This document shows, in pieces, positions 40,117 through 50,342 of a DNA stretch of 64,000 nucleotides. The notes under the pieces are model-generated. The model worked only from the letters and a program-made list of their open reading frames with translations. It searched no databases and had not been told where the DNA came from. This DNA comes from Candidatus Omnitrophota bacterium (GTDB lineage: Bacteria > Omnitrophota > Gorgyraeia > Duberdicusellales > 4484-171): positions 32,342 through 96,341 of the forward strand of contig JAFGQU010000016.1 of the NCBI GenBank assembly GCA_016935525.1, read 5' to 3'. The translations under genes and the position numbers were made by a program. Positions within the stretch are counted from its first letter, which is position 1. Every line of letters starts with the position of its first letter.

Positions 40117-41035
40117 AAAGTTTTTAATCACCGCTCACATGAATCTGGAAGGCGACGCGTTAGGGGCGCAGCTTGCGATGTATTGCCTGCTCAAACATCT
40201 TAAAAAACAGGCGTATATCTGCGATAACGACCCGGTCCCCCGGGCGTACTCATTCCTGCCTCATGTCAAAAAGATCAGGACCGAGGTCCCCGATATCCAG
40301 TTTGATGCGGCACTCGTGCTTGATTGTTCGGATTCGTTCAGGACCGGCATGATCAAGAATCATCTGAGCCGGGCGCGCTATATCGTCAATATCGACCATC
40401 ATATAAGTAATACTTTTTTCGGAGATGTGAATTGGGTCGATCCCTATTCTTCTTCGGCCTGTGAGATCGTGTACCGTCTCTGTAAAAAAATGGGGATCAT
40501 GGATCGTCAGATCGCCCTTTGCCTTTATACCGGGATATTCACCGACACCGGCAATTTTACCTATGCCAATACGACCAAACGAGTCCATAAGATCGCCAGT
40601 GAACTGATCGAATACAACATCTCACCCCATAAGATAGACGAACATCTGCATAGTTTCTGCGATATGAAAGATCTCGACCTTATCGGCAGCATCGTGAAAT
40701 CGCTCAAAGTAAATTCTAACGGTAAGATTGTCTGGGCGGTGATTCAGCATTGGCCCGAAAAAGAGTACGATCTTACTGAGATAATTTTTTCTATTATGCG
40801 TTTATTGCACGATGTGGAGGTGTTCGTGCTGTTCAAAAAAGTCTCGGCTCACCGAGTACGGGTAAACCTTCGCTCCCGTTCACGGGTTGATGTAAACCGG
40901 GTCGCAAAATTTTTCGGCGGCGGCGGGCATAAACGCGCCAGCGGCGCGACCGTTGACGGGACGTTACCTGTGGTCGAAAAGCAAGTGATTTCATTCATCC
41001 GCCGTTTTACGAACGGACGGGGACGGAAATCATGA
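40079..41035 (+). CDS. nrnA: DHH/DHHA1 phosphoesterase (NrnA-like)
   Basis: GDALG, IDHH, TDTGNF, GGGGHKRASG motifs. Confidence 0.9.
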   Translation: MIRKIIEILKNNKKFLITAHMNLEGDALGAQLAMYCLLKHLKKQAYICDNDPVPRAYSFLPHVKKIRTEVPDIQFDAALVLDCSDSFRTGMIKNHLSRARYIVNIDHHISNTFFGDVNWVDPYSSSACEIVYRLCKKMGIMDRQIALCLYTGIFTDTGNFTYANTTKRVHKIASELIEYNISPHKIDEHLHSFCDMKDLDLIGSIVKSLKVNSNGKIVWAVIQHWPEKEYDLTEIIFSIMRLLHDVEVFVLFKKVSAHRVRVNLRSRSRVDVNRVAKFFGGGGHKRASGATVDGTLPVVEKQVISFIRRFTNGRGRKS

Positions 41036-41703
41036 AACGCGAAGGCCTCATTTTGATCAATAAACCCAAAGGTATTACCAGCCATGATGTCGTCGACGTT
41101 ATCCGTAAAAAATTTTCTATCCGGAAAGTAGGCCATGCCGGGACTCTTGACCCTCAGGCTACCGGCCTTTTGCCTATCCTGGTCGGCCGGTATACCAAAC
41201 TTTTTCCTCAATTCGTAAATTTTGATAAAGAGTATATCGGGATCATGAAACTGGGCGAGGTGACGACGACCGGCGACAGCGAAGGGGAAATGATTTCCCG
41301 GTCGCCCTGGGAGCACCTCGGTGAAGACGAGATCCGGGACGCTTTTTCTAAATTCCACGGTGAGATCGAACAGATCCCGCCTATGGTAAGCGCGTTGCGC
41401 GTGAACGGTAAACGGCTTTATAAACTTGCCCGGCGCGGGATAGAGGTCGAACGCAAACCGCGTAAGATCAACATCTATCAATTAGAGATCCAGCGTATCG
41501 ACCGGCCGTTTATAGAATTTTATGTAAAATGTTCCAAGGGAACCTATATCCGTAAGCTTGCCGAAGATATCGGAGCAGAACTTAAATGCGGCGCTCATGT
41601 GGTAAGTATTACCCGTACGGCGATCGGCCCGTTTCGCCTGGCTGACGCGGTAGGGCTTGAGGAATGCGGAGACGCTCATCTTACCGCATATACTTTTAAA
41701 TAA
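41032..41703 (+). CDS. truB: tRNA pseudouridine(55) synthase
   Basis: KVGHAGTLDP, PPMVSA, CSKGTYIR motifs. Confidence 0.96.
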   Translation: MKREGLILINKPKGITSHDVVDVIRKKFSIRKVGHAGTLDPQATGLLPILVGRYTKLFPQFVNFDKEYIGIMKLGEVTTTGDSEGEMISRSPWEHLGEDEIRDAFSKFHGEIEQIPPMVSALRVNGKRLYKLARRGIEVERKPRKINIYQLEIQRIDRPFIEFYVKCSKGTYIRKLAEDIGAELKCGAHVVSITRTAIGPFRLADAVGLEECGDAHLTAYTFK

Positions 41704-41762
41704 CCTGTATTATTAAGAAAAAAGGTCGATAAGTACTCATAACCAGGTTGATATTTTTTCTT

Positions 41763-41795
41763 TTACGCGTTACGCATGTCGCGTTACGCGTTACG
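41763..41795. repeat. family A array, reverse orientation
   Basis: ttacgcg ttacgca tgtcgcg ttacgcg ttacg. Confidence 0.82.
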
Positions 41796-41805
41796 GGTAG
41801 CACCA

Positions 41806-42720
41806 ATGATCCTTCATTCCAGTACCGGCGGGAAAAAAATAAAATGTGTCGCGACCATCGGCGCTTTTGACGGAGTGCACCGGGGACATCTGTATCTGCT
41901 TAAACAGGTCCTTGATTCTTCCCGTACCATACGCCTGGCTTCGGTCCTGATCACTTTCTGGCCGTTACCGTCGGTAGCTTTGAACAAAAATCCTCATGGA
42001 TTCCTTACCGATCTTGAACAAAAAATAAAGATCATCAAAGACCTCGGGTTCGATCATTTTTTAATACTTAAAACCGACTCCCGTCTGTTACAGACCGAAG
42101 GAGAAGATTTTTTCAAAAAGATCGCCAGGAATCTGGATATCAAAAAACTTATTGTCGGCGAAGATTTCCGTTTTGGCCGGGGCGCGAAAAAAAACGCCAT
42201 AAGCCTTAAACAAATCTCCCTGCGGAGCGGGTTCTCCGTGGATATCGTCAAAAAAAGAAAGTATCGCGGAGCTATCATCAGTAGTTCTTTTATCCGCAGG
42301 GCGCTCGCCGGCGGCGACCTTAAAAAGGTAAAAGCGTTCCTGGGAAGAAATTACCTGGTCATCGGAAAAAGGATCCGGGGAAAAGGGATCGGGACTCAAA
42401 TAGGATATCCTACGGTGAACCTTGATCTGGGGGGATTTGTCGTCCCGGCCAACGGCGTCTATGCGGTACGCGTATTCAGCGGTACCCGATCGTTCCTGGG
42501 GGCGTGTAGCGTGGGAGAGAACCCGACGTTACAAAAAAATAAAAAGATCCGTGTGGAAATACATTTATTACATTATTTTAAAACCGTTTTAAAAGAACGG
42601 CTTGGTGTCGAATTTCTGGAATATATCCGCCCGCAGAGACGTTTTTCTTCACTGGCTGAATTAACAGGAGCTATTTCCCGCGATATTCATCATTTTATCC
42701 TGCCTAAATATAGTAGGTAG
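41806..42720 (+). CDS. ribF: bifunctional riboflavin kinase/FAD synthetase
   Basis: IGAFDGVHRGH, VGEDFRFG, ISSS.IR, GYPTVN, VEIH motifs. Confidence 0.94.
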   Translation: MILHSSTGGKKIKCVATIGAFDGVHRGHLYLLKQVLDSSRTIRLASVLITFWPLPSVALNKNPHGFLTDLEQKIKIIKDLGFDHFLILKTDSRLLQTEGEDFFKKIARNLDIKKLIVGEDFRFGRGAKKNAISLKQISLRSGFSVDIVKKRKYRGAIISSSFIRRALAGGDLKKVKAFLGRNYLVIGKRIRGKGIGTQIGYPTVNLDLGGFVVPANGVYAVRVFSGTRSFLGACSVGENPTLQKNKKIRVEIHLLHYFKTVLKERLGVEFLEYIRPQRRFSSLAELTGAISRDIHHFILPKYSR

Positions 42721-42721
42721 T

Positions 42722-42833
42722 CCCACCGATATCCACAACTTGTTGTGTTCCAATGATTTATTTAGAAAAATTCTTGACAGAGAAAAAGAGGGGTATTATT
42801 ATAAATATGTGTAATAAAGTGGAGTGAAGTGGA
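42722..42833 (+). promoter_or_regulatory. dcw promoter with MraZ-binding repeats
   Basis: TTGACA (42774)-17 bp-TATTAT; GTGTA/GTGGA/GTGGA at 10-bp spacing (42809, 42819, 42829); inverted CCCAC/TCCAC pair at 42722 and 42732. Confidence 0.75.
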
Positions 42834-43265
42834 ATGTGGTACGGAACCTATACTCATACTCTGGACGTAAAAGATCGTTTTATTCTTCCTGCTAAATTCC
42901 GCGAAAAGATTAAAGAATTAGGGTCAAGAAAGTTTTATTTAACCCGTGGCCTCGATGGTTGTTTATTCCTGTTTGCGTATGAGGTGTGGAGAGATTTGGA
43001 AGAAAAGCTTAAAAGCCTTTCGTTTACCAAACAACAGTCACGGTTTTTTAATCGTCTCTATTTTAGCGGAGCATCCGAAGTCGAGATCGATTCTCAAGGG
43101 AGAGTTACGTTGCCTCATTACTTGAAAGAGTATGGGGCGATTTCCAAAGATATTGTGATTATCGGGGTCGCTGACCGTATCGAAATATGGGATCGTAAAA
43201 AATGGGAAGAATTTGATGAAAATAATAGAGAACGATTTGAAGAAATGGCCGAAGGACTCTTTTAG
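42834..43265 (+). CDS. mraZ: transcriptional regulator MraZ
   Basis: LDVKDRFILPAKFR, IDSQGRV, RIEIW. Confidence 0.96.
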   Translation: MWYGTYTHTLDVKDRFILPAKFREKIKELGSRKFYLTRGLDGCLFLFAYEVWRDLEEKLKSLSFTKQQSRFFNRLYFSGASEVEIDSQGRVTLPHYLKEYGAISKDIVIIGVADRIEIWDRKKWEEFDENNRERFEEMAEGLF

Positions 43266-44157
43266 TGACGGAGAGATACATTATCCGGTCATGTGCCGTG
43301 AGGTGATCGAATACCTTGCGCTTGCCGATAAAAAGGTAGTGGTCGACTGTACCGTCGGAGTAGGGTCTCATGCTCTTTCTCTTATTCCCCGGATGGCTCC
43401 CGGCGGGTTATATGTCGGGATCGACAAAGATAATGATTCGTTGGAAATCGCCAAAGAACGGTTAGGCGATTTTGTCGGTAGGTTCATATTGATCAAAGAA
43501 GATTTTCGGGCAGTGGACAGCGTGCTTGAGCAATTGCAGATATCCCGGGTAGATGCGTTTTTATTCGATCTGGGCATTTCCAGTTTTCAGTTGACTCAAG
43601 CCGAACGGGGATTCAGTTTCCTGAAAGAAGGGCCGCTCGATATGCGGATGGACCGGGAATCTTTTTTATGCGCGTATGACCTGGTCAATAATCTGAGTGA
43701 ACGGGAATTACGCATGATTTTCGAGAAATTCGGCGAAGAACGGTATTCCCGGCGGATCGCCCATCACCTCATCGAGAAACGCCGTAAGACCCCGCTCTAT
43801 ACTACCCGTCAGCTGGTCGAAGCTATTACCGAATCGGTCCCTTACCGGAGTTTCCGGTATAAGATCCATCCGGCTACACGGGTATTCCAGGCGTTACGTA
43901 TTGCCGTCAATCGTGAGCTGGACTGTCTTTCTCAAGGATTGGATAAAGCGTTCCCTTATTTATCGGCACAGGGGCGGATGGCGGTTATTTCGTTCCATTC
44001 TCTCGAAGACAGGGAAGTGAAACATACGTTTCGCAATTATGCCGCGCAAGGGCACGCGCAGATCATTACTAAAAAGCCGCTTACTCCTTCAGAAGAAGAA
44101 TTGGTTGAAAATAACGCTTCTCGGTCGGCGAAATTACGGGTCATAGAGAAACTGTAA
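43213..44157 (+). CDS. rsmH: 16S rRNA m4C1402 methyltransferase (start codon uncertain)
   Basis: HYPVM, DCTVGVGSH, DLGISSFQL, PLDMRM, FHSLEDR motifs. Confidence 0.95.
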   Translation: MMKIIENDLKKWPKDSFSDGEIHYPVMCREVIEYLALADKKVVVDCTVGVGSHALSLIPRMAPGGLYVGIDKDNDSLEIAKERLGDFVGRFILIKEDFRAVDSVLEQLQISRVDAFLFDLGISSFQLTQAERGFSFLKEGPLDMRMDRESFLCAYDLVNNLSERELRMIFEKFGEERYSRRIAHHLIEKRRKTPLYTTRQLVEAITESVPYRSFRYKIHPATRVFQALRIAVNRELDCLSQGLDKAFPYLSAQGRMAVISFHSLEDREVKHTFRNYAAQGHAQIITKKPLTPSEEELVENNASRSAKLRVIEKL

Positions 44158-44171
44158 AAAAGTTTTTTGAT

Positions 44172-44582
44172 ATGTTAAAAAAAGTTATCTCGACAATCCT
44201 GATCTTCCTGTTTTGTTTAGGATATCTTCATCAAAAAATAGCCCTTTCCGTCGAAGCTTACCGGCTTACCGACCACTACCGAAAGTACCGTCAGCTTGTT
44301 GATAAGCGGGATGTTTTGTTATATAATCTTTCTGAAAAAACATCCTTAGCTGAGATCAATGTCTGGGCCCGTCACCACCAGTTTGAATTCGCTCCCAGTG
44401 AGAAAGTCATCGCGTTACGGATGAATACTGAGCCTCAGCGTAGTACGCATCAAGGGGTCGATACGATCATGCAACTGGCGACCCGCTTATTCAAGGTGCC
44501 CGGAGAATCTGAGGTACTCGCAAAAGAAAAGACCAAAAAGGGACTCCCGCAAAATGCTTCAGTCCCTGATTACAGTGATTGA
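44172..44582 (+). CDS. putative FtsL-like cell division protein
   Basis: Lies between rsmH and the PBP gene; TM helix plus coiled coil. Confidence 0.6.
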   Translation: MLKKVISTILIFLFCLGYLHQKIALSVEAYRLTDHYRKYRQLVDKRDVLLYNLSEKTSLAEINVWARHHQFEFAPSEKVIALRMNTEPQRSTHQGVDTIMQLATRLFKVPGESEVLAKEKTKKGLPQNASVPDYSD

Positions 44583-44680
44583 TCTAAGATTACAGTGATG
44601 AGAGACTTTAGTGTTTTTAATCGCTGAAATCATGTGTGAATTATTGAAATCAAGTGCTGGTGTTATTATCCACCAGCACT
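44565..44680. repeat. family K element followed by a 10-bp hairpin
   Basis: cctgattacagtgatt...gattacagtg...aatcgctgaaatc...; hairpin agtgctggtg/caccagcact. Confidence 0.75.
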
Positions 44681-44701
44681 AAAATAGTCCCCTTGTGAAA
44701 A

Positions 44702-46387
44702 GTGAAAAAACTTCGAGTCTCAACGCGCTACCGTGTTATATACCTTTTTTTCTCTGCGCTTTTCATTATCCTCTGGATAAAAATTTTTTATCTTCAGATA
44801 TTGCGGGTCGATTTTTTCCATAATTTGGCTCGTAAACAGTACAACAGTATCGTATCGATTACAGGGGGCCGCGGCCGTATTTATGATGCCAAAGACAGGA
44901 TTCTCGCGACTAATATTACCTCTTATTCGGTATATGCCGATCCCCAGATCGTGACCGATAAAGAACATACCGCCCGGATACTGGCTGAAGAGCTTTCTCT
45001 CGATAAAGACGATGTACTGGAAAAACTTAACCGTTCCCGGCGGTTCGTATGGATCAAACGGCAGATCCCCTGGCCGGAAAAAGAAGCCGTCGAAGAACAC
45101 AATCTGCCGGGAGTGGGCTTGAGGCGTAAGATAAAACGGTTTTATCCTCAGAAAACGATCGCCGCGCATGTGTTGGGTATGGTCGATATCGATAATCAGG
45201 GATTGGAAGGAATCGAGTTGAAATATGACGAAGTATTGAGGGGAAAAGAAGGGTTTATCCAAAGATTTAAAGATTCGGCGGCCCGGGGGCTGATCTTTCT
45301 TCCCGAGTCGCTTACGCCTCAGGAAGGGGCTGATGTGTATCTTACTCTTGACGGACAGATCCAGTATTGGGCCGAAAAGTATTTAGCCGAGACGATAGAC
45401 AAGTTCGGGGCAAAAGGCGGGTCGGTGGTGGTGCTCGATACTCAGAGCGGAGGAGTGCTGGCGTTGGTGAATTTTCCTGATTTTAATCCGAATAAGCCGG
45501 GTTCCTCTCAGGCATCTGAACGCAAGAACCAGGCATTGACCGATATGTTCGAACCGGGTTCGGTCTTCAAAATCGTGACGTTAATCGCCGCCCTTAATGA
45601 AGGGGCGTTTAATGAGGATGATATGTTTTTTTGTGAAAACGGAGAATATAAGATCCCCGGGACGGTCCTTCATGATTATCATCCTTACGGAAATTTAAGC
45701 TTTCGCGAGGTATTCAGTAAATCATCTAATATCGGCGTGGCAAAAATCGCGCAAAGTCTCGGAAAAAACACCCTGTACCGTTATATCAAAAAACTGCAGT
45801 TCGCAAAAGCAACCGGTATCGACCTGCCCGGCGAGATCAACGGATTTATGAAAGAACCGAACCAGTGGAGCAAGACCTCCGGGTACATTGTCCCGATAGG
45901 GCAGGAAGTGGGAGTGACCCTTATTCAGTTAGCTCAGGCGATGTCTATTATTGTTTCCGAAGGTGAGCTTATCCAGCCCTATGTGGTCAAAAAAGTAGTC
46001 CATGAGCATTATACCAACGAAATACCGCCTATAAAGAAAAACGTCCTTTCACCCCGGGTATGTGAACGGGCTAAAGCCGTCCTTATCGATGTCGTGGAAA
46101 ACGGGACGGGACGCTCTGCCTGGATCGAAGGAGCTTTAGTCGGAGGCAAGACCGGGACGGCCCAGAAGTTTGATGTTTCGATCCGGCGATATTCGCCTAA
46201 TAAGTACCGGGCTTCGTTTGTCGGGTTTATAGAAAAAGAAGATATTTCTTTAGTGATTGCAATAAGTATTGATGAACCGCGTAAATCGCATTTAGGCGGT
46301 ACGGTCGCCGCGCCCTTGTTCGGGATGATCGGGAAAGAAACGCTGCGTTATTTGCGGTATCAAAACAGTTCGTCTCGATTACAATGA
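44702..46387 (+). CDS. ftsI: class B penicillin-binding protein (FtsI/PBP3)
   Basis: EPGSVFK (SxxK), SSN, KTGT motifs. Confidence 0.93.
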   Translation: MKKLRVSTRYRVIYLFFSALFIILWIKIFYLQILRVDFFHNLARKQYNSIVSITGGRGRIYDAKDRILATNITSYSVYADPQIVTDKEHTARILAEELSLDKDDVLEKLNRSRRFVWIKRQIPWPEKEAVEEHNLPGVGLRRKIKRFYPQKTIAAHVLGMVDIDNQGLEGIELKYDEVLRGKEGFIQRFKDSAARGLIFLPESLTPQEGADVYLTLDGQIQYWAEKYLAETIDKFGAKGGSVVVLDTQSGGVLALVNFPDFNPNKPGSSQASERKNQALTDMFEPGSVFKIVTLIAALNEGAFNEDDMFFCENGEYKIPGTVLHDYHPYGNLSFREVFSKSSNIGVAKIAQSLGKNTLYRYIKKLQFAKATGIDLPGEINGFMKEPNQWSKTSGYIVPIGQEVGVTLIQLAQAMSIIVSEGELIQPYVVKKVVHEHYTNEIPPIKKNVLSPRVCERAKAVLIDVVENGTGRSAWIEGALVGGKTGTAQKFDVSIRRYSPNKYRASFVGFIEKEDISLVIAISIDEPRKSHLGGTVAAPLFGMIGKETLRYLRYQNSSSRLQ

Positions 46388-47832
46388 TCATAAGTGAATT
46401 GTTCAACCAGCTTCCTCACGGGACTCCTTTCGCGCGACGAGAGGTGAGGGGTATTTCCCGGGATAGCCGTCAACTGAGCGGAGGCGAGGCCTTTTTCGTC
46501 ATCGAAGGAGATAAATTCGATATATTCAAAGCTCTTGAAGATATCAGCCGGAAAGTCTCTTTGTTGGTGGTAGAGGAAAAACATAAAGGGAAAATACCGT
46601 CTTCGATCAAAGATGTTCCGCTGGTGTATGTCGATGATGTCAAAAAAGAGTTTAACCGTGCCGTCGATATTTTTTATCCGGTTGATCTTAGCCGTTTCGG
46701 ATTTATCGGGGTGACCGGTACCAACGGTAAGACTACGACTGCCCATATCATGTATCAATTGATCCGTCATTTCGATCTGCCGGCTTCGCTTCTGGGAACG
46801 GTCCATTATTGTATCGAGGACGAATGCATCGATGCCCCTTATACTACGCCGGATTATTTTCTATTACGTAAACTTCTCTCGACGATAAAAGAAGATGATA
46901 TCCGCTATGTGGTAATGGAAGTCTCCTCTCACGGGCTGGTGCAGGAACGGATCTGGGGGATCCCTTTCCGACGGTGTATTTTTACCAATTTAAGCCATGA
47001 CCATCTTGATTATCACGGTACTATGGAAGAATATTTTCAGGCAAAAACATCGTTCTTTTCGATGAATCCGCAAAGCCTGGCAGTCTTGAACGTGGACGAT
47101 CCTTACGGGCAGAGGCTCCGGGAACGTATCCCTCACAAAAAGATCACGTATGCCACTTCCGGTGATGCCGATTTCCTGGCCAAAAATATCAAACCGTATC
47201 CCGGCGGTACGGATTTTACGTTACGGTTCAATCAGGAAGAGTTTCCGGTCCGTACCGGGCTTATCGGGATCCATAATGTCTCTAATATCCTGGCCGCCCT
47301 GGCGACCCTTTATTCTTACGGATTCGATATGAAAAAATGCATCCGCTATGTAAAATGTCTGAAAGCCCCTTGCGGGAGGATGGAGGAGGTTATCGAGAAC
47401 GTGTATGTGGATTATGCCCATACTCCCGATGCGTTGGAGAAAGCGCTCGTGACGTTAAAACAATCGGGATATAAAGAAGTGATCTGTGTATTCGGGTGCG
47501 GGGGTGACCGCGATAAAAGTAAACGTCCGGTTATGGGACAGATCGCGACCCAATATGCCGATGAGACTATTATTACGTCCGATAATCCCCGCAGCGAAGA
47601 TCCTCTGGCGATTTGCCGGGAAATCGAAAAAGGATGCTCACCGGGGAGGTACTCGGTAATTGCCGACCGTCGTCAGGCGATAACTCAGGCGTTGATGAGC
47701 CGGGATAGGCGTCCGCATTCGGCAGTATTGATCGCCGGGAAAGGCCATGAAGCGTACCAGATCGTCGGAGCCCGAAGGTTCCCGTTTAAAGACCAGGATG
47801 TGATCAGCGAGGTATATTGTAAAGAAAAATGA
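46384..47832 (+). CDS. murE: UDP-MurNAc-tripeptide synthetase (meso-DAP type)
   Basis: GTNGKTT, MEVSSH, DYAHTPD, DNPR. Confidence 0.96.
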   Translation: MIISELFNQLPHGTPFARREVRGISRDSRQLSGGEAFFVIEGDKFDIFKALEDISRKVSLLVVEEKHKGKIPSSIKDVPLVYVDDVKKEFNRAVDIFYPVDLSRFGFIGVTGTNGKTTTAHIMYQLIRHFDLPASLLGTVHYCIEDECIDAPYTTPDYFLLRKLLSTIKEDDIRYVVMEVSSHGLVQERIWGIPFRRCIFTNLSHDHLDYHGTMEEYFQAKTSFFSMNPQSLAVLNVDDPYGQRLRERIPHKKITYATSGDADFLAKNIKPYPGGTDFTLRFNQEEFPVRTGLIGIHNVSNILAALATLYSYGFDMKKCIRYVKCLKAPCGRMEEVIENVYVDYAHTPDALEKALVTLKQSGYKEVICVFGCGGDRDKSKRPVMGQIATQYADETIITSDNPRSEDPLAICREIEKGCSPGRYSVIADRRQAITQALMSRDRRPHSAVLIAGKGHEAYQIVGARRFPFKDQDVISEVYCKEK

Positions 47833-49169
47833 GTATGTTTACCTATGAAGCTATGGAAGGGGTGATCCGCCCCAAAAAAGTCATAAAGAGGTCATTGTGG
47901 CGGACACCGCAGAAGATCTCTATCGATTCACGGACGATTTCGTCCGGTGACGGGTTTCTCGCCCTGCGCGGTAAGTGGCATGACGGCCACCGGTTTATTA
48001 AAGAAGCCTGCCGTAGGGGAGCGCGATTTGTTATCGCCCAGGACGAAACCGCGTGCCGTGACGTGAACGCCTGCTCTTATATCGTCGCCGATCCTTACCG
48101 GGCGTTAGAAAAGATCAGCTGTTATATAAGGAAAACGGTGAATCCCCGCGCGATCGCGGTGACCGGCTCGATCGGGAAGACCACGACGAAAGAAATAATC
48201 GCCTATCTTTTACAGCATACGTATTCGGTCCTTAAGAACGAGAAGACCGAGAATAATTTTCTGGGAGTCTCAAAGACCATATTACGGCTTGCCGATGAGG
48301 AATTCATTGTGTTAGAATTAGGGACTAATTCTCCCGGTGAGATCAAACAGCTTACTGCTATAGTGCGTCCGGATATAGGAGTGATCACCTATATCAAACC
48401 GGTGCATACTGAAAAATTACCGACACTCAGGGATATTTTTGAAGAAAAAAAAGAAATAGTCACCCGTTACGCTCACACAAAAGCGGTCCTCAATTATGAT
48501 GATCCGTATTTAAGAAAGATAAAGGCGAAAAAGAAAATCGTCTGGTTCGGTACTAAAAAAGGGGCGACGGTACGGGGCCGGTTTTTAAGCGGGAACGAAA
48601 AAGAAACGGTATTTTTAATCAATGGAAAATATAAAATGCGGCTTAAGACCCCGTTTCGTTTTTATATCTATAATACCCTGGCCGCCCTGGGCGCGGTGTA
48701 TGCTTCAGGCGAAGAATTGCCGGGATATATCGCGATGATGGATGAGTTCGGATTTAATTTCCCGATGCGGATGGAGGAGACCAGAAAACGAGGCATGTTT
48801 TTTATTAATGACGCCTATAATTCCAATCCGTTCGCGCTCAAAACGGCGCTTGAGAATCTTGATTGTTACCGTTACCCTAAAATAGCGGTGATCGGCGATA
48901 TGCGTGAACTGGGCCGGCTCGCCTTTGCGTGCCATCGTCACCTTGCCGCGGATATCCTGCGTCAGGATTTTGAATACGTGCTTACCCTGGGCTTTTACAG
49001 CCGGGTATTAAAAGAGAAACTCGACGCGTTAGGGTATCGCCGCGCGTTTCATTTCGCATCACATGATGAGGTGGTCGCTTTTCTTAAAAAACTGTCGCGT
49101 AAAAAATATCTGGTGTTCGTCAAAGGCTCCCGGGGAATGGAGATGGAGAAGATAATTGAGAAATACTGA
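47829..49169 (+). CDS. murF: UDP-MurNAc-pentapeptide synthetase
   Basis: TGSIGKTTTKE, DAYNSNP, GDMRELG, KGSRG. Confidence 0.95.
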   Translation: MSMFTYEAMEGVIRPKKVIKRSLWRTPQKISIDSRTISSGDGFLALRGKWHDGHRFIKEACRRGARFVIAQDETACRDVNACSYIVADPYRALEKISCYIRKTVNPRAIAVTGSIGKTTTKEIIAYLLQHTYSVLKNEKTENNFLGVSKTILRLADEEFIVLELGTNSPGEIKQLTAIVRPDIGVITYIKPVHTEKLPTLRDIFEEKKEIVTRYAHTKAVLNYDDPYLRKIKAKKKIVWFGTKKGATVRGRFLSGNEKETVFLINGKYKMRLKTPFRFYIYNTLAALGAVYASGEELPGYIAMMDEFGFNFPMRMEETRKRGMFFINDAYNSNPFALKTALENLDCYRYPKIAVIGDMRELGRLAFACHRHLAADILRQDFEYVLTLGFYSRVLKEKLDALGYRRAFHFASHDEVVAFLKKLSRKKYLVFVKGSRGMEMEKIIEKY

Positions 49170-49173
49170 TAAA

Positions 49174-49250
49174 TAGTCGCTGGTCGCTAGTCTCTAGTAT
49201 TTAGTGAAAAATGAAATAAAATACCAGAAACCAGAGACCGTAGACTGGAG
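49174..49250. repeat. family G inverted pair inside the dcw cluster
   Basis: tagtcgc tggtcgc tagtctc tagtatt ... accagaa accagag accgtag actggag. Confidence 0.8.
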
Positions 49251-49259
49251 ATTTTAAAA

Positions 49260-50342
49260 ATGTTATATCATCTCTTCTATTCATTAAGCGATACATTTGG
49301 TATGTTTAATCTGTTCAAATATATTACGTTCCGCAGCGGTGCCAGTTTTATGTGCTCTTTTTTCTTGAGTTTTGTCCTCTGGCAATGGTTTAAAAGATAT
49401 TTCCGCCGGCTTAATTTCAAGGAATCTATCGATATGTACGGCCATGTCCATCTGGAAGCGCTGCATAAATCGAAGAAAGGGACCCCTACGATGGGCGGGC
49501 TTATCCTGATCGGCGCGGTCGGGATCTCTACGTTACTCTGGGCAAAATTGACGGTAAGTTTTGTCTGGTATGTGCTTTTGATTATGATCTTACTGGGAGC
49601 GTTGGGGTTCAGCGACGATTATCTCAAAAGTACCCGGGGGAAAGGATTAAGCCGGAAACATAAATTGATCGTGCAGATAGGGATCGGTGTTTTTTTAGGG
49701 TTGGTAATATTCCTTGACCGGAATATTTCTACTACTCTCGATGTCCCGTTTTTTAAAAAGGTCGTATTTGATCTGGGATTTTTTTATATATTCTGGACGG
49801 CGCTGGTCATAGTCGCCACATCGAACGCGGTCAATTTTACCGACGGCTTAGACGGGTTGGCGATCGGCGGGATCATTACTAATTCTCTGGTATTTGCGGG
49901 TTTGAGTTATTTAACCGGCCATCTCGAGTTCGCCAATTACTTGTTTATCCCGCATATCGCCGATGCCGGAGAACTCGCGGTGATCTGCGCGGCGCTCTTA
50001 GGGGCGGGGCTTGGGTTCCTCTGGTTTAATTCTTATCCGGCTGAAGTGTTCATGGGCGATACCGGAGCGTTGTCTTTAGGCGGGATCATCGGAGTGATCG
50101 CTCTGTTCATAAAAAAAGAGTTTCTTTTGATCATTGCCGGAGGGATATTTGTCCTTGAGGCTTTGAGCGTGGTATTACAGATATGTTCGGTAAGGATGAG
50201 CGGGCGGCGGATATTCCGTGCCGCGCCGTTACATCATCATTTTCAGTTGAAAGGATGGCCGGAATCAAAGATCATCATCCGGTTCTGGATAGTCTCTTTG
50301 ATCTGCGCGATGTGTGCGCTCTTAACCCTTAAATTACGATGA
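49260..50342 (+). CDS. mraY: phospho-MurNAc-pentapeptide translocase
   Basis: GTPTMGG, DDY, NFTDGLDGL, FMGDTG, APLHHHF. Confidence 0.97.
   Translation: MLYHLFYSLSDTFGMFNLFKYITFRSGASFMCSFFLSFVLWQWFKRYFRRLNFKESIDMYGHVHLEALHKSKKGTPTMGGLILIGAVGISTLLWAKLTVSFVWYVLLIMILLGALGFSDDYLKSTRGKGLSRKHKLIVQIGIGVFLGLVIFLDRNISTTLDVPFFKKVVFDLGFFYIFWTALVIVATSNAVNFTDGLDGLAIGGIITNSLVFAGLSYLTGHLEFANYLFIPHIADAGELAVICAALLGAGLGFLWFNSYPAEVFMGDTGALSLGGIIGVIALFIKKEFLLIIAGGIFVLEALSVVLQICSVRMSGRRIFRAAPLHHHFQLKGWPESKIIIRFWIVSLICAMCALLTLKLR

Noticed and set aside
41032-41703. Short TruB as a pseudogene
   Set aside because: Catalytic motifs are intact, and TruB lacking the C-terminal PUA domain is common.
43213-43293. Frameshift at the rsmH start
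   Set aside because: An in-frame ATG overlapping mraZ exists and the ORF is open; only the start position is ambiguous.
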